Source of the DNA: Paraspadella gotoi
Lineage: Eukaryota; Animalia; Chaetognatha
Length of the DNA: 64,000 bases
NCBI GenBank assembly: GCA_051294375.1
Contig: CM119265.1
Location: forward strand, 2,339,268 to 2,403,267
Reading direction: 5' to 3'
The notes below the pieces were generated by a model. It ran no database searches. It was not told the DNA's origin and saw only the letters and a program-made list of their open reading frames with translations. Of this stretch, positions 26,168 to 38,900 are shown piece by piece; the stretch's first letter is position 1; the number at the start of each line of letters is the position of its first letter. Position numbers and translations under genes: made by a program.

Positions 26168-26760
26168 TGTGGATAAGGCGCTAAGCGGGCAGGAGATGAC
26201 TATCCGTAAGTTCTATAACCCCCTCTAGCAGACATGAAAACGGGTCCTGGGCTTGGAACCAGGCTTGAGGGTTTGCCACCCCCCCAAGGCCGCTTACGGC
26301 CATCCTCACTCTTCCCCGCAGGGTAGGTAACCGGCGTGGGATTGAAACCCGGTACCTAGTGTCATGAGCTCATGGCTTACCAATGAGCCACCGGTCACAA
26401 CTGAAAGAGTTATGCTTAATTGCTATAGGCGGGGTGAACCAGGGCAATGCCGACTAACATTCCCCCAGATTGTAACCCACCGCACTGCTTCCAGTGGAGG
26501 GAGGGGCGCAATCTTCGCACGTCCATGGGCCCTGAATCAGAAAGGTTGGAAATATGTTCGACAGGATGGGCTCACCAGTGTGGAAATAAGACGCTAAGGA
26601 GCAGAAGATGACTATCCGAACTCTTATAACCCCTCTAGCAGACATGGAACGGGTCCTGGGCTTGGAACCAGGCTTGAGGATTTGCCACGCACCCAAGGCG
26701 GGTCACAACTGAAAGAGTCATGCTTATAGGCGGGGTGAACCTAGGCAATGCCCGACTACA
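26168..26760 (-). mobile_element. TRIM-like non-autonomous LTR retroelement (family 2) inside a bestrophin intron
   Basis: LTRs 26168-26459 and 26579-26760 (the latter internally deleted) with TG...CA ends. Minus-strand PBS TGGTGAGCCC (26568-26577) and PPT GGGGGAA (26460-26466). Near-TSD tata/tgta. Confidence 0.8.
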
Positions 26761-27416
26761 TGTATATATATTTTCACGTCAAAATCACTGAGATAATTTT
26801 TCAACTGCTGCTACTTGCTTCATAATTTACTCCATTTTTTAAACCCTTTTTTTTTAACTTTGGATTTTTTAACACTTTAAACTCTACGTTAGTCAGTTGT
26901 AAGTACATTTGTATGATAAATATGTCGATTGTCTCGTAGACACTTAGCTCGGCGTTCTTCAAGCGAGAATAGCAGTATCGTAATACAAGCCCCAAACATA
27001 TTTTTTTATTGATTGAGCTTAAGTCATTTATTGATTGGCTCTGATTTTGTCATATTAGTATAACTTACTCTCGGTTAAACGAACACAAAAGAAATAATTA
27101 GATTTGCACTCAACATCAACTTTTTAACTCCGGCCGCACGACTAATGATCAAATAAGTAGCGCGTTCAACACCGTAATGTGAAAATGTGAAAAGCGTTTG
27201 GTGACATTTGTGATATCTCACGTCATAGATTACGTACATATCCCAGACCTTTATTATGTAATGTATAATTTATACGTAAACGTACTAAACCAATTGTCTT
27301 CTGTATTGAAAAATATTCTAAGACTTTTTATTTGGAAGAAATAAAAGAGAAAAGAATATTTATGTCTTCTTTTTAGTGGATTTGGATCCACTCCTGAAGA
27401 TGCCAAAGGGTTAAAG

Positions 27417-27456
<40 letters not shown>

Positions 27457-27577
27457 TGAAAGAGCTCAGCTCAAACAAGTGGAGTGAGAGAGAGGAGAGA
27501 GAGAAGAGGAAGAGAGAGAGAGAGAGAGAGAGGAGAGAGGAATGAAAGGACTCAGCTCAAACAAGTGAGCAGAGGAG

Positions 27578-27630
<53 letters not shown>

Positions 27631-28534
27631 TGAGGTCAAACGAGTTGGCGAAGCGAAAACTGGAAAAACCTCGAAATTTTTTCGTCGACGCAAAAAGAAG
27701 GATATGAATGAAGATAAAGAGGCCAAAAAAGGCCAAAATGAAGATATAGGGGCCAAAAAAAGGCCAAACTGAGGATAAAAGGGCCAAAGGGCCGCTGAAC
27801 ATGAGGATAAAATGGCTGTTGAGTCTAATAATAATAATAATAATCGTAAAAAAAAGCCGGGGAAAAGTTTCAATAGAAGTACCTCGCTGTAGATATAAGA
27901 ATGAGTGAGAATATTTATTTATAATTTTATTTATTTTCTTACTTTTGGTTTTAAATTGTAAAGTTGAAAAATGTACAAAGACCGAGTCATGTATTTTTTA
28001 GGGGGAATTTCATCTCTTATAATTTTTTTGTGCGAAAAAGTTAAAGAAGAGAGAGAAGATGTCGACGATGACACATATCATCATCATTATCATCATTATC
28101 ATCATCATTATCATCATTACCATCATCATTATTATTATCATCTTCATCTTCAACATTATTTTTATTAACCCTAGAATTATCATTTTCGTCATCATCATTA
28201 TCATCAGCATCATTAAAAATCATCCTCATCAATCATCATCAACAATCATTTTCAATCATCATCTTCAATCATCATCACCGTCATCATCATAATCACAATT
28301 CAAATCATCGACATGAAATCTCATGTCATAAGTCGACCTGACCCAAAAACAAAAGAAGAAGTTGAACAAAAGAAAACAAAAAAGAAAACAAAAAAGGATT
28401 TTGTTACAAAACAGAAACGGGTCGATGCTTTTCAATGTCTCTGGCTCTTTGTCTCTTTCTGTCTCTCTCTCTCTATCTCTCTCTCTCTCTCTCTCCTCTT
28501 CACTGGTCTCCTCTCTCTCTCTTTCTTCTCTCTC

Positions 28535-28570
<36 letters not shown>

Positions 28571-28590
28571 ATCTATCTCTCTCTATCTTC

Positions 28591-28674
<84 letters not shown>

Positions 28675-28761
28675 CGCACTTCGCCCTCGCCATTGGAGGA
28701 GATACTTAACAAGGACAGAAGCTTCTCTCGATATTCAGTAAACAAATGGACAATGACGAAG

Positions 28762-28801
<40 letters not shown>

Positions 28802-29253
28802 TATTATTGTTGTTGTCGTCGACATCATCATCGTTGTCATTATCATATTTATCGTCATTTTAAGCATCATCATCATTATATCCTAAACAGTATAATTATT
28901 ATCATCATTATCATCGTCATCATCATTTTCAACATTATCCTAACTATCCTAATCAATATCATCATCTTCATCATCATCGTCATCATCATAATCATACTCA
29001 TCATCATTATCGACATTATGCTAACCATTATCGTCTATATCATCATCATCATCATCATCTTCATCACCATCCCCATCACAATACAAAAGCCCAACTATTA
29101 ACATTATAACATTCATCACTTTTTTTTTTACTCTCATTCAAAGCATTAACGTCTTTCCCAATCATCTTCATAATCTTTATCATCATAATAATCTTAATCT
29201 CAAAAGTATTAATCTCCATCCTTCTCTTTCTCCCCCCCCCTCCGTGGAACCAG

Positions 29254-29429
29254 CCCCGCTACTGGGTTCCTCTGGTGTGGATCCTTGATCTGGTGGACTT
29301 TGGCGTGGAGCAAGATCTCATCACCCACATCAAGGGCCCAGTGATCATCGCCAAACACATCAACATGTTCAGAGAGAAAATCGGTCACATGATCAACTAC
29401 GACTGGATCGGAGTCCCGCTCATTTACAG
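29254..29429 (+). CDS. BEST: Bestrophin exon (PRYWVPLVWILDL...INYDWIGVPLIYS)
   Basis: Diagnostic YWVP..W and YDWIxVPLxY motifs; AG/GT boundaries in consistent phase. Confidence 0.93.
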
Positions 29430-29992
29430 GTTTATTTTTTTTTTTAGGAAAATGATTGATTGATTGATCGATTCCTTTGTTCGATCCATTCATTAATTAG
29501 TTTATTAATTAATTCGTTCATTAATAAATTCATTCATTCATTCATAAATTCTTCAATCATTCATTTATTCGTGCATTTGTGTCCTTTTATTTGTTTTCAA
29601 TCAATATTTTTTAATCTTTTTATGGGGTGAGCAGATCTTAATAAATGTGTAAAGTTTTTACCCGGTAATAAAATTGCTGTTTTTTGTCTCCCCTCTCCAT
29701 TCATACGTCGATCCGTACATCAATAATCCATCCATCCATCTCTACATCTATCCATCCATCCTTTCATCCATCCATATCTGAATATCTCAATCCCTCTCTC
29801 CATTTTTCCATTTGTCAATTTATTTATCTTTATTTATCAATCCATTAATTCATTCATCCATCCATCTATCCATCTCTCAATCCATCCATCCATTAAAAAA
29901 ATCATTATATCCATACGTTCATCCATCTCTCCGTATCCAGTATCCAAAATACATCCCTTTCTCCGACACCCCTTCCCCTTAACCCATCCCAG

Positions 29993-30149
29993 CCAAGTCG
30001 TGGCCATAGCGGTCTACCTCTATTTCGCCTGTTCTCTCATTTCCCGCCAATATCTGGACCCGAGCAAGAAAATCCCCGGATACGAAAAGGATTTCGTTCT
30101 TCCTTTTTTTTCCATCGTCGAATTTTTCTTTTATCTCGGTTGGCTCAAG
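29993..30149 (+). CDS. BEST: Bestrophin exon (QVVAIAVYLYFACSLISRQYLDP...FFFYLGWLK)
   Basis: Diagnostic QVVxxAVYxYF, RQxLDP and FFFYxGWLK; cag|...|gtaagg boundaries. Confidence 0.95.
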
Positions 30150-30300
30150 GTAAGGCCCAGCGGGGCTAGGGTAAGGGACGGGAGAGAGAGAAAGCGCGGG
30201 TCGAGTAGATTGCAAGGTAAGGCTCAAGTTAAGGCCCAGCGGAGCGAGGGTAAGGGACGGGGAGAGAGAGAGCGGGGAAGGGGGTCGAGTAGATTTGGAT

Positions 30301-30568
30301 GGCTTTATTTTCCCAGAACGTGATTTGGGGTTAGGGATTTAGGTTAGGGACGAGCGTTTAGGGTTAGAGGTTTGGGTTAGAAATTAGGGATGAAAGTTTA
30401 GGGTTCGGAATTAGGTTAGGGTTAGGGATTAGGGTTAAGGATTAAGGTTAGTGATTAGGGTTAAGGATTAGTTTATAAGTTTAAAAGTATATTTATATTA
30501 AATATTAAAGTTAAAATTAAATTCTGGGATAAACAATCAAAAATGAGGCACTCTCGGAAAAGATAACC
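30301..30568. repeat. Foldback element filled with degenerate (TTAGGG)n
   Basis: Left arm ggctttattttcccagaacg, right arm cactctcggaaaagataacc, interior ttaggg-like. Similar arms occur at 31322-31610, 41537-43000 and 50078-50449. Confidence 0.55.
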
Positions 30569-31002
30569 GATTTTGATTGAAGGGCGAGTCGATTGGTTGT
30601 CCTGAAGGTTTAGAGATTTAAGGTATGAGTATATGCTGCTGTACTCAGTATATACTACTTTACTATTCCCAGTATATACTACGAGGTAAGTTAGGTAAGA
30701 GAATAGGTTGGTGGGCGAACCCAAAGAAACTATCTAAAACATTCCTTGGTAAGTGAGGTCTAGGGAAAGAAAGGGTTTTTGGGTTTTGGAGGAAAGGCGG
30801 GGACCCTGGATCCGTTGTCGCTTAAGGAACGGATGCTCTTTTATTGAATTTCTTTCTTTTTTTGCAAGTTGCTTTATATTAGTTTTCGGACGTGATCTTA
30901 TTCTTAACCGGTTCCTTCTTCTGAGAATAAATGATGGATAACTTTTACAAGTGAATGATTTAAAGTAATATTGCGTCGGTATATTCACTTATATTCACTT
31001 AG

Positions 31003-31073
<71 letters not shown>

Positions 31074-31321
31074 AAATAATACATAATATTAACATTTTTA
31101 AAAGGAATTTTTAACGCTAAAACTTATTTCCAAACATCCGTCCTTCATTTCATATAAAAGAAGCTTCCCTCTCACGCCCTCTTCTGTTTTGAATACAAGG
31201 CGCCTCTCTAACAGCGCCCTCTCTCGGACACGATCCCAATGTTTTGAATCATTCGCCTTTCGTCTCGAGATGGCGAGAGTGACCGTCGCCTCAACTGACT
31301 TTTGTTTGACAAAAAAAATTC

Positions 31322-31610
31322 AGCCTTATTTTCCTAGAACGACCCATTTTATCTTAAATTAGGAATTAGGTTTAGGATTAAGGGGATTCAGTGATAAAAA
31401 GGATATAAGCTTAATTAAAGGAATTTTCCAACAAGGATGAGATAATTATTTTAAAATTTTTTTGGGGTTTTTGTTTAGGGTTTCTGGGTTAGAGATTTGT
31501 TTTAAGGATTGGGTTATTGGTTTAAAAACACATTTAAGTTAAATATTAGGGTTAAAATTAAATTCAAGGAAAAAGAAAAAGAAATGGGACGTGTTGGAAA
31601 AAGAGAGCCA
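31322..31610. repeat. TTAGGG-filled foldback element (same family)
   Basis: Imperfect inverted arms gccttattttcctagaacgacccattt ... aaatgggacgtgttggaaaaagagagcc. Confidence 0.55.
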
Positions 31611-31694
31611 ACGTTTTTAAGCAAATATTTTTTTTATTTAATCCAAAATGTTTGTCCAAAGTGGTGACGTACGCGCGAAAACCAATTGGGACAA

Positions 31695-31773
<79 letters not shown>

Positions 31774-32228
31774 CTCAGGGTAGGTTTTTCTCTCTTCAAG
31801 GTGAGTTCAAATTGGATTTTTTGGGATTCGGGGCAAAAGCCAAGGGTCTCCGTTGGGGGGGAGGGGTCTGAGTTTGGACCGAACGGAAGAGGGGCGAGGC
31901 GGCGAGGGGGCGAGGGGGAGAGGAAGGGGCGGTGAAGAGTGGGGTTAAAATGGAGGTTAAAGAAAATAAAGAAAGTGTGAGATGAAAAAGGTTAAAATGT
32001 GAGGATGAGAAAAAAAGAATTTTAAAAGAAATAAAGTGAAAAATAGAAAAAGAAAAAAGAAAATTTGAAATGAAAAATTTAGAAAGAAAGAAAAAGAGAA
32101 AAAAGGAGGAAAGAAAAAAGGAAAAAGAAAAGAGGAGAAAAGAAAAAAAAAAGGAAAAAATTAACGCTATTATAATTATTTTCATATTATATATTTTTAT
32201 ATATATTTTTCTTTTTTCCGTTTTGCAG

Positions 32229-32309
32229 ACGGCGGAAACTTTGATAAATCCCTACGGAGAAGACGACGACGACTTTGAACTCATGTGGCTTCACGAACGA
32301 CACATGAAG
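32229..32309 (+). CDS. BEST: Bestrophin exon with the Ca2+ clasp (TAETLINPYGEDDDDFELMWLHERHMK)
   Basis: The NPxGEDDDDFE acidic motif; 81 bp, phase 0/0. Confidence 0.96.
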
Positions 32310-32316
32310 GTTGAAG

Positions 32317-32376
<60 letters not shown>

Positions 32377-32770
32377 GGATGATAGATTGATTGAGTGATT
32401 GATTGATTAATTGGATGAGTGATTGATTATTTGATTGCTTAATTGTTTGGATGGTTGATTGATTGATTGGTTAATTGATTGATTGATTGATTGATTCAAT
32501 AAATGCTTGATTTGATGATGAATTAAATTGTTGATTTGTTTGGTTAAATGTTCAATTTCACAATTTCTTTTTATGCTTGATATATATCTTTCTTTAGTTT
32601 TCTTTCTTTCTATCTCACTATCTTTCTTTCCATCTTTCTATCCATCTTTCTTTCCATTCCTCTTTTTTCAACAGGTGTTGTCTTCTCCTCTTATTTCTTT
32701 AACGAATAAATCTTTTCCCTTCGATTTTCTCGCGAAAATTTTTCTTTCAAATAGATTTATTCTTTCTTCA

Positions 32771-32861
<91 letters not shown>

Positions 32862-32879
32862 ATCTCTCCTCTCTCCATT

Positions 32880-32954
<75 letters not shown>

Positions 32955-33966
32955 CTGGCTCAGCGAGAAAAAGAGGGCGTTACTTCGTTTATCTTTCATT
33001 TGGTCGTTAAAGTCTATTTTCAAGTCGTTCACCCTTTTAATGTGTAATTTAATGCCTATATAGTACATTGTATAAATTTAATGGTTATATAGTACATTAT
33101 ATAAATTTAATGGTTATATAGTACATTATATAAATTTTATAAATTACCATCAGCTATCACGATAATGAAAAAAAAACATTTTATAAAAGTATATAAGTAA
33201 TTAGTAGTTCATTCAATCATTCATTCATTCATTCTTTTATTAGTTTAGTCATTCATTCATTCCCTAATTCATTCATTCCTTGTTTCATTCATTAATCCAT
33301 TCATTCTTTCAATCATTAATTCATTATTTCATTCATTCATGCATTAATTAATTTATTCATCAATTCATTCATTCTTTCTTTCATTCATTCATTAATTCCT
33401 TAATTCATTCATTTATCCATTCATTTCTTAATTCATTGATTCCTTAATTCTTTCTTTCATTCATCCATTCTCCCACTCATTCCTTAATTCATTCATTCCT
33501 TAATTCTTTCATTCATTCATCCATTCATTCCTTAATTAATTCATTCCCTAATTCTTTCATTCATTCATTCATCCATTCATTCCTAATTCATTCATTCCTA
33601 CTTCATTCATTCCTTAATTCTTTCTTTCATTCATTCCTTAATTCATTCATTCCTTAATTCTTTCATTCATTCATCCATTCATTCCTTAATTCATTCTTTC
33701 ATTCATCCATTCATTCATTCATTCATCCATTCATTCCTTAATTTATTCATTCATCCATCCATCCATCCATCCATCCATTAATTTATTCATTCATTCATTC
33801 ATTCATTCATCCATTCATTCATTCATTCATTCATACATTCATACATTCATTTATCCATTCATTCATTAATTCATTCATTCATTCATTCATTCATTCATTC
33901 ATCCATTCATTCATTCATTCATTCATTCATTCATTCATTCATTCATTCATTCATTCATTCATTCAG

Positions 33967-34059
33967 GTATCCTTTTTCCTCGTCGATGGCATTGATGCCT
34001 TCAACCCCTGCATCGCGACTCCTCACTACTGGGAGACTTGCCAGAAATTGCACGTCAAG
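33967..34059 (+). CDS. BEST: Bestrophin exon (VSFFLVDGIDAFNPCIATPHYWETCQKLHVK)
   Basis: VSxxxVD...YW pattern that follows the clasp; 93 bp, phase 0/0. Confidence 0.85.
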
Positions 34060-34535
34060 GTGAATGAAAACCGCATCGAGTCTTTAATTAATAAAATAAT
34101 CAAGAAAATATTTGTTTTACTAAATTTATTTTTTCTATTTTATTTCTGTCAATTATTCAGCCAATAAATTCAAATATTCTTAAAAATTATTATTCAATTT
34201 GGTAAACGAGTTTTTTAAGTCAGACGAAACATTAATTCGTTTAGATAAATGAAAATATTTCCAATCATTCTATAAATCAAACAAACAAACAAAAAAAACG
34301 AATGACTAATCTACCGAAGAATCCATTATTTACCCTCGCAACTAATCAACCAATAAATAAGTAAATCCCAATTAAAGCAATCAATCAATCAATCAAATAA
34401 AATCATTCAATCAAATCAATAAATCAATCAAATCAATCAAATCAATCAAATCAATCAAATCAATCAATCAATCAAATCAATCAAATCAATCAAATCAATC
34501 AAATCAATCAATCTAATCAATCAATCAATTCCCAG

Positions 34536-34679
34536 GGCCTCGGCTCCTTCGGCTCCAACCTCCCCAACGGCAGAGAGTGCGTGGGCGTGGCGGAAGACGG
34601 CGCCAAATCTCCGCTCGCGTCTCCTTTACCGGAAGTCAACGCCAATCGGCCAGGGTCTCGCTCGCTGAGGCCTCGGCAG
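34536..34679 (+). CDS. BEST: Bestrophin C-terminal tail exon (GLGSFGSNLPNG...SLRPRQ)
   Basis: cccag|...|gtgagt boundaries, 144 bp in frame, GC-rich island between simple repeats. Confidence 0.75.
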
Positions 34680-35066
34680 GTGAGTGGCGAGGGGGTGAGG
34701 GGCGGGTGAGTTAGGTAGTGAAGGGTGAGTGACTGATTGGATGATCGGTCGTTGTAAAAGTGATTTAACAAATGGGTTTATTTTCAGTATTTTCATTTTT
34801 CTTCTCTTTTTTCATCCCTATTTCAATCCCCTTTCCTCCTTCCTCTTTCTCTCTAATCTCCTCGCTCTCTCCCTCCCTTTCTTCTCTCTTCCCTCCCTCA
34901 CCCCTCTCTCCTCGCTCTCTTCCTCGCTCCCTCCTTCCCTCTCTCCTCCACCCAACCTTCTCCCTCTCTCCCTCCCCTTCCTCCCTCACCCCCTCTCTCC
35001 TCGCTCTCTTCCTCGCTCCCTCCTTCCCTCTCTCCTCCACCCCCCTTCTCCCTCTCCCTCCCTCAG

Positions 35067-35158
35067 ATGAGCGTGGCGTCCTCTGACGGAGACATTCGCC
35101 GGGAGTCTACTCTCTTCCGTCGTCACCGAAGACAAAAAGCATCGACTCTTGGATTCAG
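35067..35158 (+). CDS. BEST: Bestrophin tail exon (MSVASSDGDIRRESTLFRRHRRQKASTLGF)
   Basis: ctcag| acceptor, in frame, |gttgcg donor. Alternatively the frame reads through to the stop at 35264. Confidence 0.65.
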
Positions 35159-35273
35159 GTTGCGGCGAATGTTGCTGCATGAAAAGGATTGTTGCTGCTT
35201 GGAAACGATTGTGCTGCAATGCGAAATAAAAGTTTTTTTTCTGCGAAGAAGAAAGAAGGGTTGATGTTGAATC

Positions 35274-35359
<86 letters not shown>

Positions 35360-35589
35360 TTAAAACCAAATTGTTGAGAGGTCAATCTTGTTCGACCTCG
35401 AGCTGCTGCTTCAGAGAGTAAAGGTTAAAACAAAGACTAAATCAACAACCGAAAACACAACTTCTCCATCAGTAGCACAACAACAACAACAACAACGACG
35501 ACGACGGACGACGACTAAATTGACGAGAGTCATCAAAAACGAGCGACATAAATATATTTCTTTTCGCGCGCGTTTGAACCTTCCGCAAG

Positions 35590-35770
35590 ACGGCATGGCA
35601 TGCATGGCCTTTGCAAGTTGCAAAATATCATGGGTCCTCGGAAATCTGAGCAATTGAAGTTGATTTCTGAGAAAAAGAGGAAAAGGAGGAAGAGAAGAAA
35701 AGAGGAAAAAAAGGAAGGAAAAGGAGGAAAGAAAAAAGGAAAAAGGGGAAAAAGAACGAGAAAGATCTAA
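35590..35770 (+). CDS. BEST: Probable terminal bestrophin exon (RHGMHGLCKLQNIMGPRKSEQLKL...RTRKI*)
   Basis: Phase-2 join to 35158 works and ends at TAA 35768-35770; intron ends TTGCGG/CCGCAA are complementary. Confidence 0.5.
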
Positions 35771-35897
35771 GATGAAAAAGAAAAAGGAAAAAAGGCCACA
35801 AAAAATCCCATAGGATTTGATTGAAAAAAAACGTTTGGCTTTGCTTTGGAATGGAAGGATTCTTTCTTCTCTCTCTCTCTCTCTCTCTCTGTGCTCT

Positions 35898-35933
<36 letters not shown>

Positions 35934-38900
35934 TCTCGCTCTCTCTCTCTTCTCTCTCTCTCTCTCTCTCATCTCTCTCTCTTCGTCTTAACTTCTCTCT
36001 CTCTCTCTCTCCTCTCGCTACGTAATTTTACGCACTGACCTTTAGCGTCTTTTTATGGGCGGTTTTACGCTCAGAGGTAATCCGGCGCGTACACGACCGA
36101 TAGAACCGACCGACCGAGATTGACCGACCGACCGACCGACAGATAGACCGACCGACCGAAAAAAAGCAGATAGAGGATGTGGTTAATAGTTGACCAAATA
36201 CGGCGTCGGATTTTGCGTTGTAAAGGGGGAAGCGAATGGCTCCTGACTGCGAAATTTATGGTTCGCGGGAAGATAGAAAACTGATTTGATCAGAAATAGA
36301 AAGAGACTGACAGAAAAAAAAGATAGTAATAGAAGAGAAAGAGAGACAATCTGAGCCATTTAATCCTGCGTTCTGTCAAAAGACGATTTCTTCTATAAAT
36401 TTCTCTCTTCCTTTTCCTTTTTCCTCCATTTCTTCCTCTTTCCTCTTTCTCTNNNNNNNNNNNNNNNNNNNNNNNNNCCGCCGCCGCCGCCGCGCCGCCG
36501 CCGCGCCGCTCGAGGTCGACCGGCAACGATAATCACTTCGCGTCGCGATTTTTTTCCAAGGCGACGACGTCGTCGCCATCTGTAACGGCCTGTTCTTGTG
36601 CATCTGCGGAGTTATCTGTAACGGCATGTGCTTTGCCATTTGTGCGGAGTTATTTTGTAAGGTTTTTCCTCTGCCATCAGCCGGCAGTTATCTGTAACGG
36701 CCTTGTCTTCGCCTATCCGCGGATTGTCTGTAACAAGTCTAGCTCTTGCCATCTGCCGGTGTCATCTGTAACGGCCTCTCTTTCCCGCCAATCCTGCTAA
36801 CCCATCAAAAGCAATGGCCCTTGCCGACTTTCCCTGATGCCATCATCCTTGCCACTTTCAAGCAATCTGATGTCGCCATCTTTAATGCATCTCTACGCCA
36901 TCTCTAACGCAATCACCTCTCCTCTCTTCAACTCCATCCCAATCCTTTCTCTAAACCCATCGCCATCTCTATTTGCCATCTTGCCATCTCTGTTGCCATC
37001 TCCCTCTCAACTTCGGAATCATTTTCTCCTATCAGATTCCATCGCATTTCATTACCCGCCGATTTCACTCCCTCACAGCTCTCTCCCTTTCACACCCCAA
37101 CACCCTTTCTACCTCCTCTTCCTCCTTCTCTCTTCTCTTCCTCCTCCTTCTTCCTCTTTCCTCTTTCTCTTCCTCCTTCCTCTCTTCCTCCTTTTTCCTC
37201 TATTTTTTCTCCTTTCTTTTTCTCTTCCTCCCTTCCTCCTCTTTCTCTTCCTCCTTCACTCTCTTCTCCTTCCCCCTCCTTCCCCTCTCTTCCTCTTCCC
37301 CCTTCCCTCCTTCCTTCCTTTCTTCCTCTTCCCTCCTTCCTCCCTCTCTTTTCCTCCCTCTCTTCCTCCTCTTCACTTCCCCTTCTTTGTCTCTTCCTCC
37401 CTCGTCTCTCTGTTCCTCCTTCTCTTCCCTCTCTTTCTCTTCCCTTCCCTTCTTCCTCTTTCCTCTTCCTCATTCCTCCCTCTCTTTCTCCTTCTCCTCT
37501 TCTCCTTCCCTCTCTTCCTCTTCTCATCCCTTCCCTCCATCGCCGTCTCCTTCCACGTCGGCGTCGTTCCTTTTGGCCATCTCCACCACTTTTGCTTTAT
37601 GCCTTCTATCATTTTTTGGCATTTTTGTGAATTTTTGGCCACTACTTCGGTTCTTTCATTGCTTTTGCTGTCTCGGTTGTAGTTTCTAGTCTTTTTTTTT
37701 CTACCTGGCAGCGAATTCCTTTTTGCATTACTGCTTACGCATTAACTGCAGTTACTGCATTACTGCATAGTTGATTCACAGTTGATACAACCAACGCGTT
37801 ATGCAACCGAACCGCAACGACGACCGACGACCGACGACCCGACCGGAACCGACCGCCGACCGACGACCGACCGACACGACCGACCGACCGACCGACCGAC
37901 CCAACGACCCAACGACGACCGACGACCGACCGACCGACCGTACCAGACGACGACCGGAAAAAAAAAACGACCGGCGACCCCGAAAAACCGACGCTCAAGA
38001 CCAACGACGCGCCGACCGACGACCGACCGACGACGACCACCAACCGTCGCGGCTGCAGAAGAAAACAATTGACCGTACGGATAGAACCGACCAACTGACA
38101 TAGAACCGATTGACCTACTGAACAATTGACCACATTATCATCTCCCTATTTTAATAAGCAGCGACGTAATCGATATGATTAACCCCTGTCTCTCAGCAGA
38201 CCGATATAACAGGAGACGAGCGACCGTCGTGACCGCAATCCACTCATGTCCGTTCCAATGACGCCGACCAACCGATGCAATCGGCCTACCGACCCGCCCT
38301 GACCGACCCGACCCGACCCGACCGACCCGACCCGACCACAGACCGACCCGACCCGACCCGACCGACGTAGACGCGGTATTTTTTTTTCTCCCTCCAAGAT
38401 CACGTTTAAGCGAAAGCGGGAAAAAATCGTTGCGTCAACATACGAGGGGGGCGGGGGTGGGGAGTCGACGATTGGGAAGCGAACCTACGAAGCCTTACCC
38501 CCTCACCCACCCTTCGCCAGCGACCCGTGTCGGACCCCTCTCTCTCTCTCTCTCATCCTCTCTCGTCTCTCTCTTTCTCTCTCTCTACTCTCTCTCTGCT
38601 CACCTTTCTCACCACGGTTCGTCGCGATCCCTTAGCCTCGTTCTCACCTCTCCAACTTAACTAAACTTACTCACCGTCACAGCGGCGCCTCATTCTTTTT
38701 TTCTCTTCTTTCTTGTCTTTTTTATTTTCCGACGAAGTTCGTCGTTCTCTTAGAAGCCCTTTCGTTGTTGTCGTCGTCGTCGTCGTCGTCATTTCGCATC
38801 CGTCCAGTTGGCGACGTTTTCGTCACCACTGTTGTCCTATGATCTCTGTCTTGCTTTCTCGCTGTTGTCGTCATCTTAGTCATTCTTTTCCTCCTTATCT

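Noticed and set aside
26218-26265. Twister-ribozyme-like CCUGGUUCCAAGCCCAGG...GAGGG on the minus strand
   Set aside because: No properly placed UAA/P1/P2 elements, not conserved in the 19.8-kb copy, and the adjacent TATA fits an LTR promoter.
26300-26335. HDV-like L3 loop (UCCCCGC) followed by GGUAA
   Set aside because: Too few bases for the P1 3' strand, and no P1/P2 partner found.
30325-30470. Telomere or chromosome-fusion site
   Set aside because: The repeats are highly degenerate and recur inside a dispersed foldback family.
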